The notes: generated from the sequence alone by a model not told the origin. Positions 18,949 through 28,963 are shown, numbered from the stretch's first letter. The stretch is DNA of 51,622 bases from Thermodesulfobacteriota bacterium (GCA_049320885.1 JBMORA010000058.1:1-51622); one strand, 5' to 3'. Numbers and translations: made by a program.

Positions 18949-20034
18949 ATGAGCTATATCAGTCTGGACCAGCTGGATCTCCTTCTGGAAGTGAAGAGGG
19001 CCGTTGCCGAGGTCATCCGCGCCGGAAAGCGCCCTTCCGCCATGGAATTGCTGAAGATCGTGGAGGAAAAAGTGTCCATGGAGGCGCGCTGGGAATTTGC
19101 GGAGGCGGTGAGACAACTCGGTAATGACATTGTATCGATGGAGGACTCGGAACGGGAGTATCTGCGATCCATGATGGCCGACGGCAGTGTGGAATCGGCC
19201 CTGCGCGGCAAGGGCGCGCCTGATCCGGAGACGGTTTCCACCATCGATTCCTTGATGCGCCGGGGGCTCATTTACCGATCTTCCCGGGCATTTGCCGACA
19301 TGGTCGATTTCATGGCCAACTTCCGGGACTATGCCCCTTACAACAATATGCTGGTGAAACTGCAGAATCCTTCCTGCCGGTTTTATGCAACGGAAAATGA
19401 CTGGCGGAAGCGCTTCGACAGGAAACTGAAGGAAGATGCCCGCCCCATGCTCATCCTGGCGCCGATGCATCCGATGATGGCGGTGTTCGATCTTGACCAG
19501 ACCGAAGGCCCGGACCTGCCGGAGGAACTGACGTCCTTTGCCAGGTTCACCGGCGTTTGGGATGGAAAATGGCTGGGCCGGATGCTGGAAAACGCGGAAC
19601 GCTACCGCATACGCGTGGCCTTTAAAACCCTGTCCAGCATCCATGGGGGCCTGGCCGCTTTTTCGCGTGGCCAGGGGGATTATAAAATGCGAATCGTCGT
19701 GCATGACCGGCTGGATGAATGCAGCCGGTTCGGCGTGCTCTGCCATGAGATGGCCCATATTTTCCTGGGGCATCTGGGCAGCGACGAGGATCACTGGTGG
19801 CCCAGCCGCCTGAATCTGAACCGCGGCATCGCTGAAATCGAGGCTGAATCCGTGGCCTATATCGTGACAAGCCAGTTCGGCCTGAAAGGATCGAGTGCAG
19901 CCTACATATCCCGGCACTTCCAGAAGGGAATGGTCCCCGACGGAGTGTCCATGGACCTGATCGCCAAGGTCGCGGGCAAGGTCAAGCGGATGGCTAATGA
20001 ATTCATTTCGGTGTCAAACAGTAAAAACCAATGA
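18949..20034 (+). CDS. ArdC-like / IrrE-ImmA-type metallopeptidase with N-terminal extension
   Basis: FRDYAPYNNMLVKLQNP, ARPMLILAP, HEMAH, EIEAESVAY; clearly related to 4229-5113. Confidence 0.75.
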   Translation: MSYISLDQLDLLLEVKRAVAEVIRAGKRPSAMELLKIVEEKVSMEARWEFAEAVRQLGNDIVSMEDSEREYLRSMMADGSVESALRGKGAPDPETVSTIDSLMRRGLIYRSSRAFADMVDFMANFRDYAPYNNMLVKLQNPSCRFYATENDWRKRFDRKLKEDARPMLILAPMHPMMAVFDLDQTEGPDLPEELTSFARFTGVWDGKWLGRMLENAERYRIRVAFKTLSSIHGGLAAFSRGQGDYKMRIVVHDRLDECSRFGVLCHEMAHIFLGHLGSDEDHWWPSRLNLNRGIAEIEAESVAYIVTSQFGLKGSSAAYISRHFQKGMVPDGVSMDLIAKVAGKVKRMANEFISVSNSKNQ

Positions 20035-20062
20035 AACAGTGAATGGATAATTACTGATTAGT

Positions 20063-20584
20063 TCAGACACCTTTTCGACTCTTGATTTGAAACATCTTGG
20101 CTATGTGGTGCGCTGCCTTAGTAGGCTTCTTTGCGTCGCCTCTAATGATGCCAGAAATGGACCATTTGGGGAGTTTAGCTCCTTTGTCATTTTGAATATT
20201 AGCATTTACAGCGAATCCCATCATTATAAAATAATCTTCAAGCTCACTTATTTGTGATAGGTTCTTTTTTTGCGCAGGGTGTACAAGAAAGAACATATAT
20301 GGAGCACCCTTTTTATAATCCGCTAATGCATCATTGTATTTATGTAGTTTATCGGTAGTAAATGCTTCTGCATAAAACGAATTCTTGGCTTGGCCAACGT
20401 AACATGGAGTAAAGGTCTTTGTACCAGATGGTTTTATAGCAAAGACATAAATCCCAAATTTTGTTTTCATGGCGTTAGGTACGCCTGAATTTTCCCAGAA
20501 ATCATCTTTTTGAATCGTGCGCCCACCCCCTTTTCGTTTTTCGACATCTATCCGATATGGGCCTTCTGCTTTAAATTCTGTCAT
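20063..20584 (-). CDS. GIY-YIG-like nuclease
   Basis: FGIYVFAI...CYVGQA...ELE...QN; AT-richer than neighbours; RBS GGAGG before ATG 20584. Confidence 0.6.
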   Translation of the reverse strand: MTEFKAEGPYRIDVEKRKGGGRTIQKDDFWENSGVPNAMKTKFGIYVFAIKPSGTKTFTPCYVGQAKNSFYAEAFTTDKLHKYNDALADYKKGAPYMFFLVHPAQKKNLSQISELEDYFIMMGFAVNANIQNDKGAKLPKWSISGIIRGDAKKPTKAAHHIAKMFQIKSRKGV

Positions 20585-21198
20585 AAATGCTCCCTCCGTC
20601 AAATTTATATATATAGTAACGAGGTTAAGAAAATTATATCCCAATGTTGATAGTTATGTCGTCGTAAGACGATCTCGTTTTTTTGTCCGATGAAAAAATC
20701 TAATACACAATAATTCATAATTTTTCAACCCGTGGAGTTCATAACCACCAAACGTAATATGAAATGAATGGGAAAACGGAGCTGTTTTCCTTGCTTAGAG
20801 CAGCTTTATTGGAGTGAAAAGCGCGGTTTAAGAGAGAGTGGCTGGAAATTGGGAGGAGTAGTCGAATGGTTCATAAACGGATTCCAAAGAAAAATTAATA
20901 CATTGCGCAAAGGTGCGAATAACGCGAAGCCAATAGCGTGGACAGTGTCGCCTCCATTGGGGAAAATGCAATTTTTCGAGCGCGTTGTGAGTTCACTTGA
21001 GATGGTTTTGAAGTTGATCTCATCGGATATGCCATCCGGTTGATCGTTATCGGCAGGGACGGGGATTCAATTATAATGCCTCACCGACTATACCGACGGT
21101 ACAGAACATCCGATAAACTGTTCCGCCCACAAAAAAGCAAAATAAAACCTCATTCCTTCGCGGACAGAGCGACCACTTCCCGAATTTGAAACAAAGCT

Positions 21199-21909
21199 TC
21201 AGACGAACCGGTTCAAGTACTCCTGAATGAGATTTTGTGAAATAGTCATCAGGTTGATTCGTTCGAGCAAATCCTTTGCCAGGTTCGATTCGATACCGTT
21301 TTCCAGAAGAGCGCGTCTGAGTTCCTTGAAAAAATCATTGATCTGAGCCAGGCGGGTCAAGGTGTCGGCGGATATTTCCGCCGGTGGAAGATCGGTTTCG
21401 GGTTTTTTCTGTTTCGTGGCGGTTTTATTTTGCTTGCCCCAATAGAGATATTCCAGGCGGGTGATCCGGATGATCTGGGCGTCACGGTATCGGGGTTGGT
21501 TTGCGACGAGCCATTCGAACAGGACTTTTCTTTCCGGAAGGATGCCGCTCCAATAGGTGAACAGCCAATGGATGAATTCGCGATGGTCGATGGGTAGCGA
21601 CAATCTTTCCGCCAATTCAGCCGGATCGGCGGATTGGCCGGTAGTATGCTGGTGGAGGGCAAGCAGGCTGCCGGCGACGCCGCGTATCCAGCGCCGATCT
21701 TTACGGACATCGCGCTCGATGGCAGCAACCGGAAGATTGTGGATGATGCCATCCAGTATGTACAGGATTTCTTTCTCACCCGGTTTCCATGGGTGCTGGA
21801 AGCTGTCCAAATTCTTGATAACGCATCGGGCTCGTCGATAATGATTGTCCAGAAGGGGATGAGATGCTTCCATCTCATCCCGCAATTCATTTTTGGCGCT
21901 GTTTTCCAT
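21199..21909 (-). CDS. Hypothetical protein (possible DNA-binding)
   Basis: Open frame with AGGAGG RBS; weak HTH-like segment VAAIERDVRKDRRWIRG. Confidence 0.6.
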   Translation of the reverse strand: MENSAKNELRDEMEASHPLLDNHYRRARCVIKNLDSFQHPWKPGEKEILYILDGIIHNLPVAAIERDVRKDRRWIRGVAGSLLALHQHTTGQSADPAELAERLSLPIDHREFIHWLFTYWSGILPERKVLFEWLVANQPRYRDAQIIRITRLEYLYWGKQNKTATKQKKPETDLPPAEISADTLTRLAQINDFFKELRRALLENGIESNLAKDLLERINLMTISQNLIQEYLNRFV

Positions 21910-22103
21910 TGTAGTCACCTCCTGAACTTTGATAATAAAGCCTACAGACAGTATATGTTGTTGTTATTTCCTGAATCCATTGATAACAAAAAATTCCCAT
22001 CTGGATACAAAATTTGCATTCGGCATGCCGTTCCCCTCCCGGTTGCTTTCCATGGGCCAGAAACGCTATCAAAATAAATATCTGTTGCTGCTACAATGAA
22101 TTG

Positions 22104-22526
22104 CTACAATTTCGAAATACATACGGCGGGGTCTTCCGGTATGGCGGTTTCGCCGGCAGCAGGTTCGATGAACCGGAAGTAGTAATCTCTTTCAAATATC
22201 ATGCCTGCCAGGACCTTGAACGCCTGCGGCTTTCCAGGATCGATCCAGCCCGCCCGGAACCAGCGCTGGATCAGCCGTTCCGGTACGCCCACCTGTCTGG
22301 CCCATTCCGCCCGGCGATGCAGCCAGCGTTCACGACGTTTATAGACCCGGAACCGGATCTGTTCGATTTTGGATTCCACCTGGCGCTGGGAACCGGCAGT
22401 CAGCTCCAGGTGAAACAGCTGGGTCAATTCAGAAACAATCTGCCGGACGGTGATGGTGGCATTACCGGATATCTGATTCCATAAGCGGGTTTCGATCCAT
22501 TTTTCCATTCTTGCAGTGATCTTCAT
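22104..22526 (-). CDS. Hypothetical basic protein with HTH-like segment
   Basis: AEWARQVGVPERLIQRWFRAGWI resembles a MerR/excisionase-type HTH. Confidence 0.55.
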   Translation of the reverse strand: MKITARMEKWIETRLWNQISGNATITVRQIVSELTQLFHLELTAGSQRQVESKIEQIRFRVYKRRERWLHRRAEWARQVGVPERLIQRWFRAGWIDPGKPQAFKVLAGMIFERDYYFRFIEPAAGETAIPEDPAVCISKL

Positions 22527-23192
22527 GGCGTTTTTTCTCGAATCGTTTTTCCAAAATCACGGATTCAGCCTTGATGCCGGTTGGAGGTGTCCAACCAATC
22601 TAATATAAATAATAAGGCCATGGTAAAATCCGGGTTTCAAAAAGACAGGGAGGCATCTTCTTGCATTTTAACATCATGAATTTATATGATTAAATCGACG
22701 TTTTTGGTTGGACATCTTAATTCTCCATTGGACAAATCGAAATCCGGGATTGGGTAATGGAGTTGTTTTCATTGGGCAATTCGGAATAATCGTAGGAAAA
22801 AACCTGATCATGGCAGGAACCGATAGTGAATCATCAGCCGCCGTCCATTGGAGTGGATTGGTGCCGGCCTTCGGCTCCCGGGTGTTGAAGGCCTGGCCAT
22901 CTAATGGCCGAACCATGTCCTCCCGGCGGCCGGATTGTGGATCATGGATATCCAGGGGATGGCGTGTAGAGGCCGGATCATGGACAGTTCTTGTCCTGGA
23001 GTTGGTTTTGAAAAGGACTGCCCGCGGCTTTTTTCCGTCCAGAGATGGGCTTACAGGTGGCATGCCCGGCGTCCTCGCCTTCCCCAACCGGATCGCCGGA
23101 ACCGCCATATCCTTTCCAGAATAGAAACGCCAAGACCGTGCTTGCCGCGAATCCGATTGATGGATTCTGTTTTGGGACTTTCCATCCCAAAT

Positions 23193-23233
23193 AAAAAAGC
23201 CCCGGTTCCGCAAGGAGCGTGGAGCCGGGGCTT
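23193..23233 (-). terminator. Rho-independent terminator of the leading-region operon
   Basis: AAGCCCCGG...CCGGGGCTT stem followed on the minus strand by a T-run, just after the ardC-like stop. Confidence 0.8.
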
Positions 23234-23242
23234 ATAAAAACA

Positions 23243-24181
23243 TCAGGCAGCGATAACCGTGTCGGATTCTTCATCCTCTCCGGCAACAGCCGCATTCAGG
23301 TGATTCAGGATTTCACTTGCCAGGGGCTGAGAATACTTGAAGGCGTTCAAGAATTTCTCTTCGCGTAACCCCGGATTCACGTCCCGGCTCCAATTATACA
23401 GATAGGCGGCCTGGGACTGGATGTCGAGGCCCAGCCCGCTTTTGACCAGCCCGACCGTGAGTTCGGCCTCCAGCTCGGCGTCGATCCGATCGGTTTTCTG
23501 GTCGGTATGCCCGAGTATGACATGGGCGAACTCATGGATCAACAGCCCCAGGTCGGCGCCGGCGGCAAAGGCCTGGTCGATGTAGATGGTTTTTCCCCTG
23601 GCCATTCCACCGGCCGATCCCAGATCCTGATGAGTGATTTCAATGCCCCTTGCTTCTATCAGCGCCGTCATGGCCGCGGAGAGACGCTCCAGGTTCTCGC
23701 CGTTGGTGGCGTACAGTTTACGCTTGGCATTATTGCGTTTTTCCAGCATGGTTTCGATGACAGCCACCCGGTCGCCGCGGGTCTGGGAATAATCCCACAC
23801 ATACACCGGCTTGAACAGCACAAAGCGTTTCTCTTTGTCCTCTTCCCCGTCGCCATGCACTTCAAGGCCGGCATCTTCCTGGTTGGCCTTCACCGGTATT
23901 GGCGCAAAAATCAGGAGGCCTCTTTCCCCTTTTTGGACAAAGCGCCGGTATTTGGTCTTCCATGCTTGAAACCCTTCGGTCCAGATGGCTTCCCGTTTCT
24001 GGGCATGGACCAGGAGCAGGTTATTGGTGGAATAATTCCGGCCGAACTGCATGAGATGGGCAATGCCGCTGAACCAGTTCCGGATTTCATCGAGATCCTG
24101 CAATTCCAGGATGGTCTGAAGGGTTTCGCGCATTTTTTCCTTGTAGTCGATCTTTTTTGCATGATTGGTGTGTTTCGCCAT
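23243..24181 (-). CDS. ardC: ArdC-family antirestriction protein (ssDNA-binding + zincin)
   Basis: NYSTNNLLLVHAQ, GFQAWK..RFVQKGERG..IFAP, FKPVYVWDYSQT, HEFAH, ELEAE, AAYLYNW. Confidence 0.8.
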   Translation of the reverse strand: MAKHTNHAKKIDYKEKMRETLQTILELQDLDEIRNWFSGIAHLMQFGRNYSTNNLLLVHAQKREAIWTEGFQAWKTKYRRFVQKGERGLLIFAPIPVKANQEDAGLEVHGDGEEDKEKRFVLFKPVYVWDYSQTRGDRVAVIETMLEKRNNAKRKLYATNGENLERLSAAMTALIEARGIEITHQDLGSAGGMARGKTIYIDQAFAAGADLGLLIHEFAHVILGHTDQKTDRIDAELEAELTVGLVKSGLGLDIQSQAAYLYNWSRDVNPGLREEKFLNAFKYSQPLASEILNHLNAAVAGEDEESDTVIAA

Positions 24182-24195
24182 GGTTCTCTCCTTTC

Positions 24196-24256
24196 GGGAG
24201 CGGACATGGCGATTCCCGTGAAGGGGACGTCATGCCGGCTCCCCTTGTGCGGGTTA
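24196..24256 (-). promoter_or_regulatory. Conserved structured 5' element (copy upstream of ardC)
   Basis: Minus strand AACCC-GCACA-AGGGGAGC...TCCCCTT-CAC-GGGA...GCTCCC immediately before the RBS. Confidence 0.6.
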
Positions 24257-24277
24257 AAATGTGTTTTGATGAAGTCG

Positions 24278-24820
24278 TTACATCCGGTCGATCATTTTCG
24301 TTGCTTCGCTTTTCAGGTCCGCCAGCATGCCGTTGTCGCAAAAACTGTAATAGCCGCGGGTGGCCGTATCCACGATGAGGTGATCGTGCACGGTCATGTC
24401 CAAAATCTTGGCCACCGCGAGGATTCGTTTGGTGACCAGGATATCCTCCCGCGACGGAGCCAAAATGCCGGAGGGGTGGTTGTGCCCGATGACCAGGGCG
24501 CTGGCGCTGGCGGTTATGGCCGGCTTGAACACTTCCCGGACAAAAACCGGCGAGGAGTTGATGGAGCCCATGGAGACCAGATTGGTGCCCATGACCCGGT
24601 TTTTCGAATTCAGCATGACAACGATCAGGTGTTCCCGGTCATCCTGGCCGCAGGCGGCAATGGTTTTGCAGATCAGCTTCGCACCGAGCAAGGCATTGGA
24701 GACTTCCATATCGTATTGAATGGTCTTGTCCCGGACCATGGCGATGCGGTAGGCATAGGTGACGTATTTCTTTTTTCTTGATGGTTCGGGCGGTTCATCC
24801 AATTGAATCGCTGGTATCAT
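24278..24820 (-). CDS. radC: RadC-like JAB domain protein
   Basis: DREHLIVVMLNSKNRV, REVFKPA, HNHPSG...PSRED, HDHLIV. Confidence 0.9.
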   Translation of the reverse strand: MIPAIQLDEPPEPSRKKKYVTYAYRIAMVRDKTIQYDMEVSNALLGAKLICKTIAACGQDDREHLIVVMLNSKNRVMGTNLVSMGSINSSPVFVREVFKPAITASASALVIGHNHPSGILAPSREDILVTKRILAVAKILDMTVHDHLIVDTATRGYYSFCDNGMLADLKSEATKMIDRM

Positions 24821-24840
24821 TGGTTTTCCCTCCTTGAAGG

Positions 24841-24894
24841 CGATGAAAAGAGGGATCTCCCCGATGAGGGGAGAAACCTCCCTTCATCGGGATT
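24841..24894 (-). promoter_or_regulatory. Conserved structured 5' element (copy upstream of radC)
   Basis: Minus strand AATCCCGATGAAGGGAG...CTCCCCTCATCGGGGAG...CTCTTTTCATCG. Confidence 0.65.
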
Positions 24895-24912
24895 TGGATT
24901 GAGGTGGATTGG

Positions 24913-27228
24913 TTATGCCGCCTGTTGGGACGGGCTGCTTTGCTTCAGTTCGATCAGGAGATAGATATCGCCGTCCGGCAACAGCTGGATGGTTTTGCCG
25001 TTGATCCTGCCGTTGCCTTTGGCGTCATATTCTCCGATCTCCTGCTGGTTGTGGAAGATCCTGCCTTTCAAGAACAGGAGTTTTGCCCTGGTATCGGCAA
25101 TGATGGCCACGGCAAAGCCGCGATGGGGATACACCTTGCCGCGGATCACCCGGATAACGGATATCTCTTTTGGGGTGTTATCCGGCCTGTGGGCCGTAAT
25201 GTCCGTGGTGATGGTCGTGGTTTGGGTGATCAAGACCGGGGAGGCCGGATCATCCAGGCGGTCATCGGCCCGGACGGTGGCATCCGCAAGTCCCCTCCAT
25301 TTATCTTCCGCGGATTGTTGGACTTCTTCACCCAGCAGCGATTTGGCCATCTTGATCAGCAGGGAGGTATCGCCTTCGGCAAGCGCGGTCAGGCCCTTGT
25401 CGCTGAGATCCCCTTCCACGGCCAGGGCCACCTGCATCTTGTCGGCCATGAGGGATAAGGCCACGGCCTGCATGGTGTCGGCATACACCAGGTAATACAC
25501 CCTTACCTGCGCGGTCTGACCGATACGCCAGGAACGGCGCCCGGCCTGCCGGAGGGTGAAGACGCTGTAGCCGGTTTGAAAGAATACGATGGACGGGAAC
25601 TCCAGGAGATCCAGGCCGGTTTCGATCAAACGCGGATTGGTGATCAACACGTCATACTGTTTTTCCTCCATTCTGGCTTGGAGCCAGGTTTCTCTTTGGG
25701 AGGCCGTCGGATGGTTCTGCCGGAGAACAAGGACCGAGAGACCGATATTCTCGATCCTTTCCTTTAGGTCCGGAATGAGATCCCGGGTGCCGGTGTGTTC
25801 CAGGCAGACCATGGTTTTGCGGCCTTGTTTATGTTCTTCCGACAGGATCGAAAGCAACTGTTCTTCCTTGGCCAGCAACGGTTCGTCGATGCAGGGCGCC
25901 GTGCAGACCACCAGCTTTTCTCCGGTGAGGGGGTCGATCTTGCGCGGATGAACTACAATCTCCCCGCGTCGCGCCCCGTCCGGATAGGCCAGCAGGCTGT
26001 TGATCATGGCGCCAAGCAGGCTCCGGTCGCCGGCGGCAAGGGCAGAGCGTACTTCCAACATGAGATCATCCTCAAAGGCGGCATAGGCGGCTTGCTGTTC
26101 ATGGCCCATGGCCACTTCGATCACTTTCTCATGATAGGGCGGAAGGTTGCGGGCCACATCGTCGAGTTTCAGGAACACGCAGCGTTCCAGCAGAAGATCG
26201 GTGAACACCAGGGGACTCACGCCCGGCCGTTCCCTGATCCTGCGGCTGACGTTGTTCCGGCCGATGGAGGCCGCATTGTCCCGCAGGTCCTCCTTTTCGA
26301 TGCGCTCGATGATGCCGTAGCGCTCCGCAAAGGCCATGCTGTTTTTATAGTCGCAGATCTCCTTCATTTTGCCGGGCGCCAGCCGGTAGAGCAGATAAAA
26401 CAGATTCGTGGAATATCCACCGCTGAGGGTTCCGGTCAGACAAAGGGTGTACCTGGCGGAGCAGATCAGGTTGGCAAACGCCTGACCCTGGGCAGAATCC
26501 CCGGCCTTGTACTGGTGCACCTCGTCCGCAATGCAGAATTGAAACACCCCGGGCGGCAGATGGCGTTTGATGAACTCGGATTTGGCAAAACGCCGGAACT
26601 TGTTCCGATCCGCCTCCCATAAAGGCGAGCGACAATTGGGACAAAGCGGCCGTTTGCCGTCCACGGAAGGCATTTTACTCAGCCGTTCGCCGCATGCCGG
26701 ACAGGCATACGCGGAAAGGCGTTTGGCCACCGCCGTTTTTCTGGTGAAATGATTTTTCGCCCGCTCCTTGCCCACGATGTAAAACTCGCGGCCCTTGGGA
26801 ACGGGCTTGTTCTTCAATGCGATCAGTTCGTGAAGTCCCGGACCGTTGAGGTCAACTACCACAGCCTGGGGAACGGTTTGCCTGATTTCTCTTTTCCATT
26901 TGTCCACCAGATGTCCGGGGCAGAGCACCAGGGTCCGCGATCGATCGCCACAGACAAGATACGAGGCGCAGATACCCATCATACTCTTGCCCGTTCCCAT
27001 TTCCGCCACCAGGAACAATCCCCGGTGACCGGCATGGAATCCCTTGGCAAGGCTGAGCACGGCTTCCACTTGTTTGGGAAAGGGTTGCCGCAACAGCTTT
27101 GCCAATCGCTCCCGGAAGGCGCGTTCCTTTTCTCCTTCGGCTCTGGGATCATAGACGGCGGTAAAAGCGCCGGCGATTTTCTGCCGCAGGGCCTCGTTGT
27201 ATTTGTTCAAGAATTCGCTTAACTTCAT
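24913..27228 (-). CDS. SF2 (SNF2-like DExH) helicase with zinc ribbon
   Basis: AEMGTGKS, CPACG..CPNC, ADEVH, LTGT, IETGLDL, QAGRRSWRIGQ. Confidence 0.9.
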   Translation of the reverse strand: MKLSEFLNKYNEALRQKIAGAFTAVYDPRAEGEKERAFRERLAKLLRQPFPKQVEAVLSLAKGFHAGHRGLFLVAEMGTGKSMMGICASYLVCGDRSRTLVLCPGHLVDKWKREIRQTVPQAVVVDLNGPGLHELIALKNKPVPKGREFYIVGKERAKNHFTRKTAVAKRLSAYACPACGERLSKMPSVDGKRPLCPNCRSPLWEADRNKFRRFAKSEFIKRHLPPGVFQFCIADEVHQYKAGDSAQGQAFANLICSARYTLCLTGTLSGGYSTNLFYLLYRLAPGKMKEICDYKNSMAFAERYGIIERIEKEDLRDNAASIGRNNVSRRIRERPGVSPLVFTDLLLERCVFLKLDDVARNLPPYHEKVIEVAMGHEQQAAYAAFEDDLMLEVRSALAAGDRSLLGAMINSLLAYPDGARRGEIVVHPRKIDPLTGEKLVVCTAPCIDEPLLAKEEQLLSILSEEHKQGRKTMVCLEHTGTRDLIPDLKERIENIGLSVLVLRQNHPTASQRETWLQARMEEKQYDVLITNPRLIETGLDLLEFPSIVFFQTGYSVFTLRQAGRRSWRIGQTAQVRVYYLVYADTMQAVALSLMADKMQVALAVEGDLSDKGLTALAEGDTSLLIKMAKSLLGEEVQQSAEDKWRGLADATVRADDRLDDPASPVLITQTTTITTDITAHRPDNTPKEISVIRVIRGKVYPHRGFAVAIIADTRAKLLFLKGRIFHNQQEIGEYDAKGNGRINGKTIQLLPDGDIYLLIELKQSSPSQQAA

Positions 27229-27249
27229 GGGCATCCTCCGTTTCAAAAA

Positions 27250-27300
27250 AAAGAGGACGCGCAGTTCCCCAAAGGGGAAAATGGCGTCCCCTTTGGGATT
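27250..27300 (-). promoter_or_regulatory. Conserved structured 5' element (copy upstream of the helicase)
   Basis: Minus strand AATCCCAAAGGGGACGCC..TTCCCCTTTGGGGAA..GCGTCCTCTTT. Confidence 0.65.
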
Positions 27301-27324
27301 AAAGTCTTTCCTGAATGATGGAAC

Positions 27325-27930
27325 CTAAGCGGCTTGCAGGATGTCGAGATCTTCCCGAATCCGCGCTTCCAGCCAGTCATCGTTGGGTATGGGGATCATC
27401 CGGCAGTTGGCGAATTCCGGGACATCACCTCCCACAACGGGCATGGGCAGCATGGAATCCAGGGTCAGGGTTTCCCACAGCCAGTCGATCCAGGCATCCT
27501 TGAGCGGCACGTTGGTCAGTCTGTCCACGATGTGAAACGCTCGTTTCCGGGCCTCCTCGTCGGTTGGACCAAAGGTAATGAACTCGCAGGCGCCGGTCTT
27601 TTTCCAGGGGACAAAACAGTCCGGAGAATACAGAATCTTATGGGTGACGCCGGGTTTGACATTGCGGGTATAGGTACGCATGGAATCACCTCCTCTTTTG
27701 AGTTCCAGGGGTTTGCAGCCTTCCTGCAGGATGAACCGGCCGGTCTCATCCATGAGATGGATCGAATCCCGGTTGGCGATGATCTGGGCCGCAAGGGATT
27801 TGACCGCGCCGGTGGTGCCGAACAGGGACAGGTATTTCACCGGGGCGGCGGTTTCCGTCAGGATGAAGCTGTCCACATGGGCCTGGACCCGTCCTTTGTT
27901 TTCTTTGTTTTCCTGAATGATGGTATGCAT
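27325..27930 (-). CDS. Conserved-position hypothetical protein between methyltransferase and helicase
   Basis: 201-aa ORF with AGGAG RBS, in operon. Confidence 0.7.
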   Translation of the reverse strand: MHTIIQENKENKGRVQAHVDSFILTETAAPVKYLSLFGTTGAVKSLAAQIIANRDSIHLMDETGRFILQEGCKPLELKRGGDSMRTYTRNVKPGVTHKILYSPDCFVPWKKTGACEFITFGPTDEEARKRAFHIVDRLTNVPLKDAWIDWLWETLTLDSMLPMPVVGGDVPEFANCRMIPIPNDDWLEARIREDLDILQAA

Positions 27931-27943
27931 GGGTTCTCCTGTA

Positions 27944-28963
27944 TCAGCCGATGGTTTCGATGTCGCCGGTGGCCATATTGAGCGCCCGCACGGTGATCTC
28001 GACCTTCTCGACGGTTTTCTTGATGTGGAAATGTTCGGTGGATTCCTCGCTGACGGTTTCCACTTTCTTGACCGTGCCTTTGATCACCAGGTATTCGCCG
28101 TTCCCATCCTTGAGTTCGCCGTTGACGTACCCTGCCGCAAGCAGCATGGCCAGATGTCCCTGACGAAGGGGCATGAGGGGATGGGCGTCGGTGAGCCGGG
28201 AAGGGGTCACTTCCTTGAGGAACAGGTCCCGTAACACCGAGGTGAGGGGCTGAATCTCTGCGGGGTCGATGTGGTTGGCTTTGAATACCAGCGGCCGTTT
28301 GCTTTCCGAGGCGACCAGGGTGATCCCTTTTTGCCGGATCTCCGTGGTAGTCGGCAGGCATTCGGCGTTTTGACAGCAGAGCGTTTCGTGGTTTTCTTCG
28401 ATTTCCGATCGCAACAGCATCTTTTTCCGGCCGATCACGACAACCTGCTCAAAGGCCTCGAATTCCCCGTCCGGAAACCGGAACAGCTCGATATCCGCTA
28501 GCCGTGAAAGCAGGCTGCCAACATCCGAACGCCGGATTGTTCGATACGGAGCGATGAAGACCAGCACGCCGTTTTTGACCAGGACAGGCAGGTATTTCTG
28601 CAAGAACAGAAATTCCAGGCGCTGCCGGTGCTGGGTGAAATCGCCTTCATCCAAATCGTAGGGTGGATTGAGCCAGAGGAGATCGATACTGGAAATGCTG
28701 ACAGCGGCTTCGCTGAGCGCATCGGCAAACAACACCGTATCGAGAACCTCCTTCGCCTTTTCATATCTACCTTTTTCAAGCTCGATGCCGAGAGCTTCCG
28801 CATTGGTTCCGGCAGCCAGGAGTTGCAAAGCCTCGCCGGTGCCGCAACAGGGGTCGAGCATCCGCACGTTGGGACCGATGGAAAGACCGGCCTTGATTTG
28901 CTGAACCACGCAAACAGGGGTTTTGTAATAGCCAAGCTTTTCTTGAGACGCGATTCGTGCCAT
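27944..28963 (-). CDS. DUF6094-like N6-adenine DNA methyltransferase
   Basis: GYYKTP, LDPCCGTG, GIELE, LNPPY, LRQGHLAMLLAAG; true start MARIASQEK at 28963 with AAGGAG RBS. Confidence 0.85.
   Translation of the reverse strand: MARIASQEKLGYYKTPVCVVQQIKAGLSIGPNVRMLDPCCGTGEALQLLAAGTNAEALGIELEKGRYEKAKEVLDTVLFADALSEAAVSISSIDLLWLNPPYDLDEGDFTQHRQRLEFLFLQKYLPVLVKNGVLVFIAPYRTIRRSDVGSLLSRLADIELFRFPDGEFEAFEQVVVIGRKKMLLRSEIEENHETLCCQNAECLPTTTEIRQKGITLVASESKRPLVFKANHIDPAEIQPLTSVLRDLFLKEVTPSRLTDAHPLMPLRQGHLAMLLAAGYVNGELKDGNGEYLVIKGTVKKVETVSEESTEHFHIKKTVEKVEITVRALNMATGDIETIG

Noticed and set aside
21921..21935. CCTGAACTTTGATAA similar to 51362-51375, considered as att sites
   Set aside because: Short match with an indel, no integrase or tRNA nearby; compatible with chance.
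22674..23213. 179-aa ORF between the ardC terminator and the HTH-like gene
   Set aside because: It starts inside the terminator, has no recognisable motif or RBS, and competing ORFs exist on both strands.
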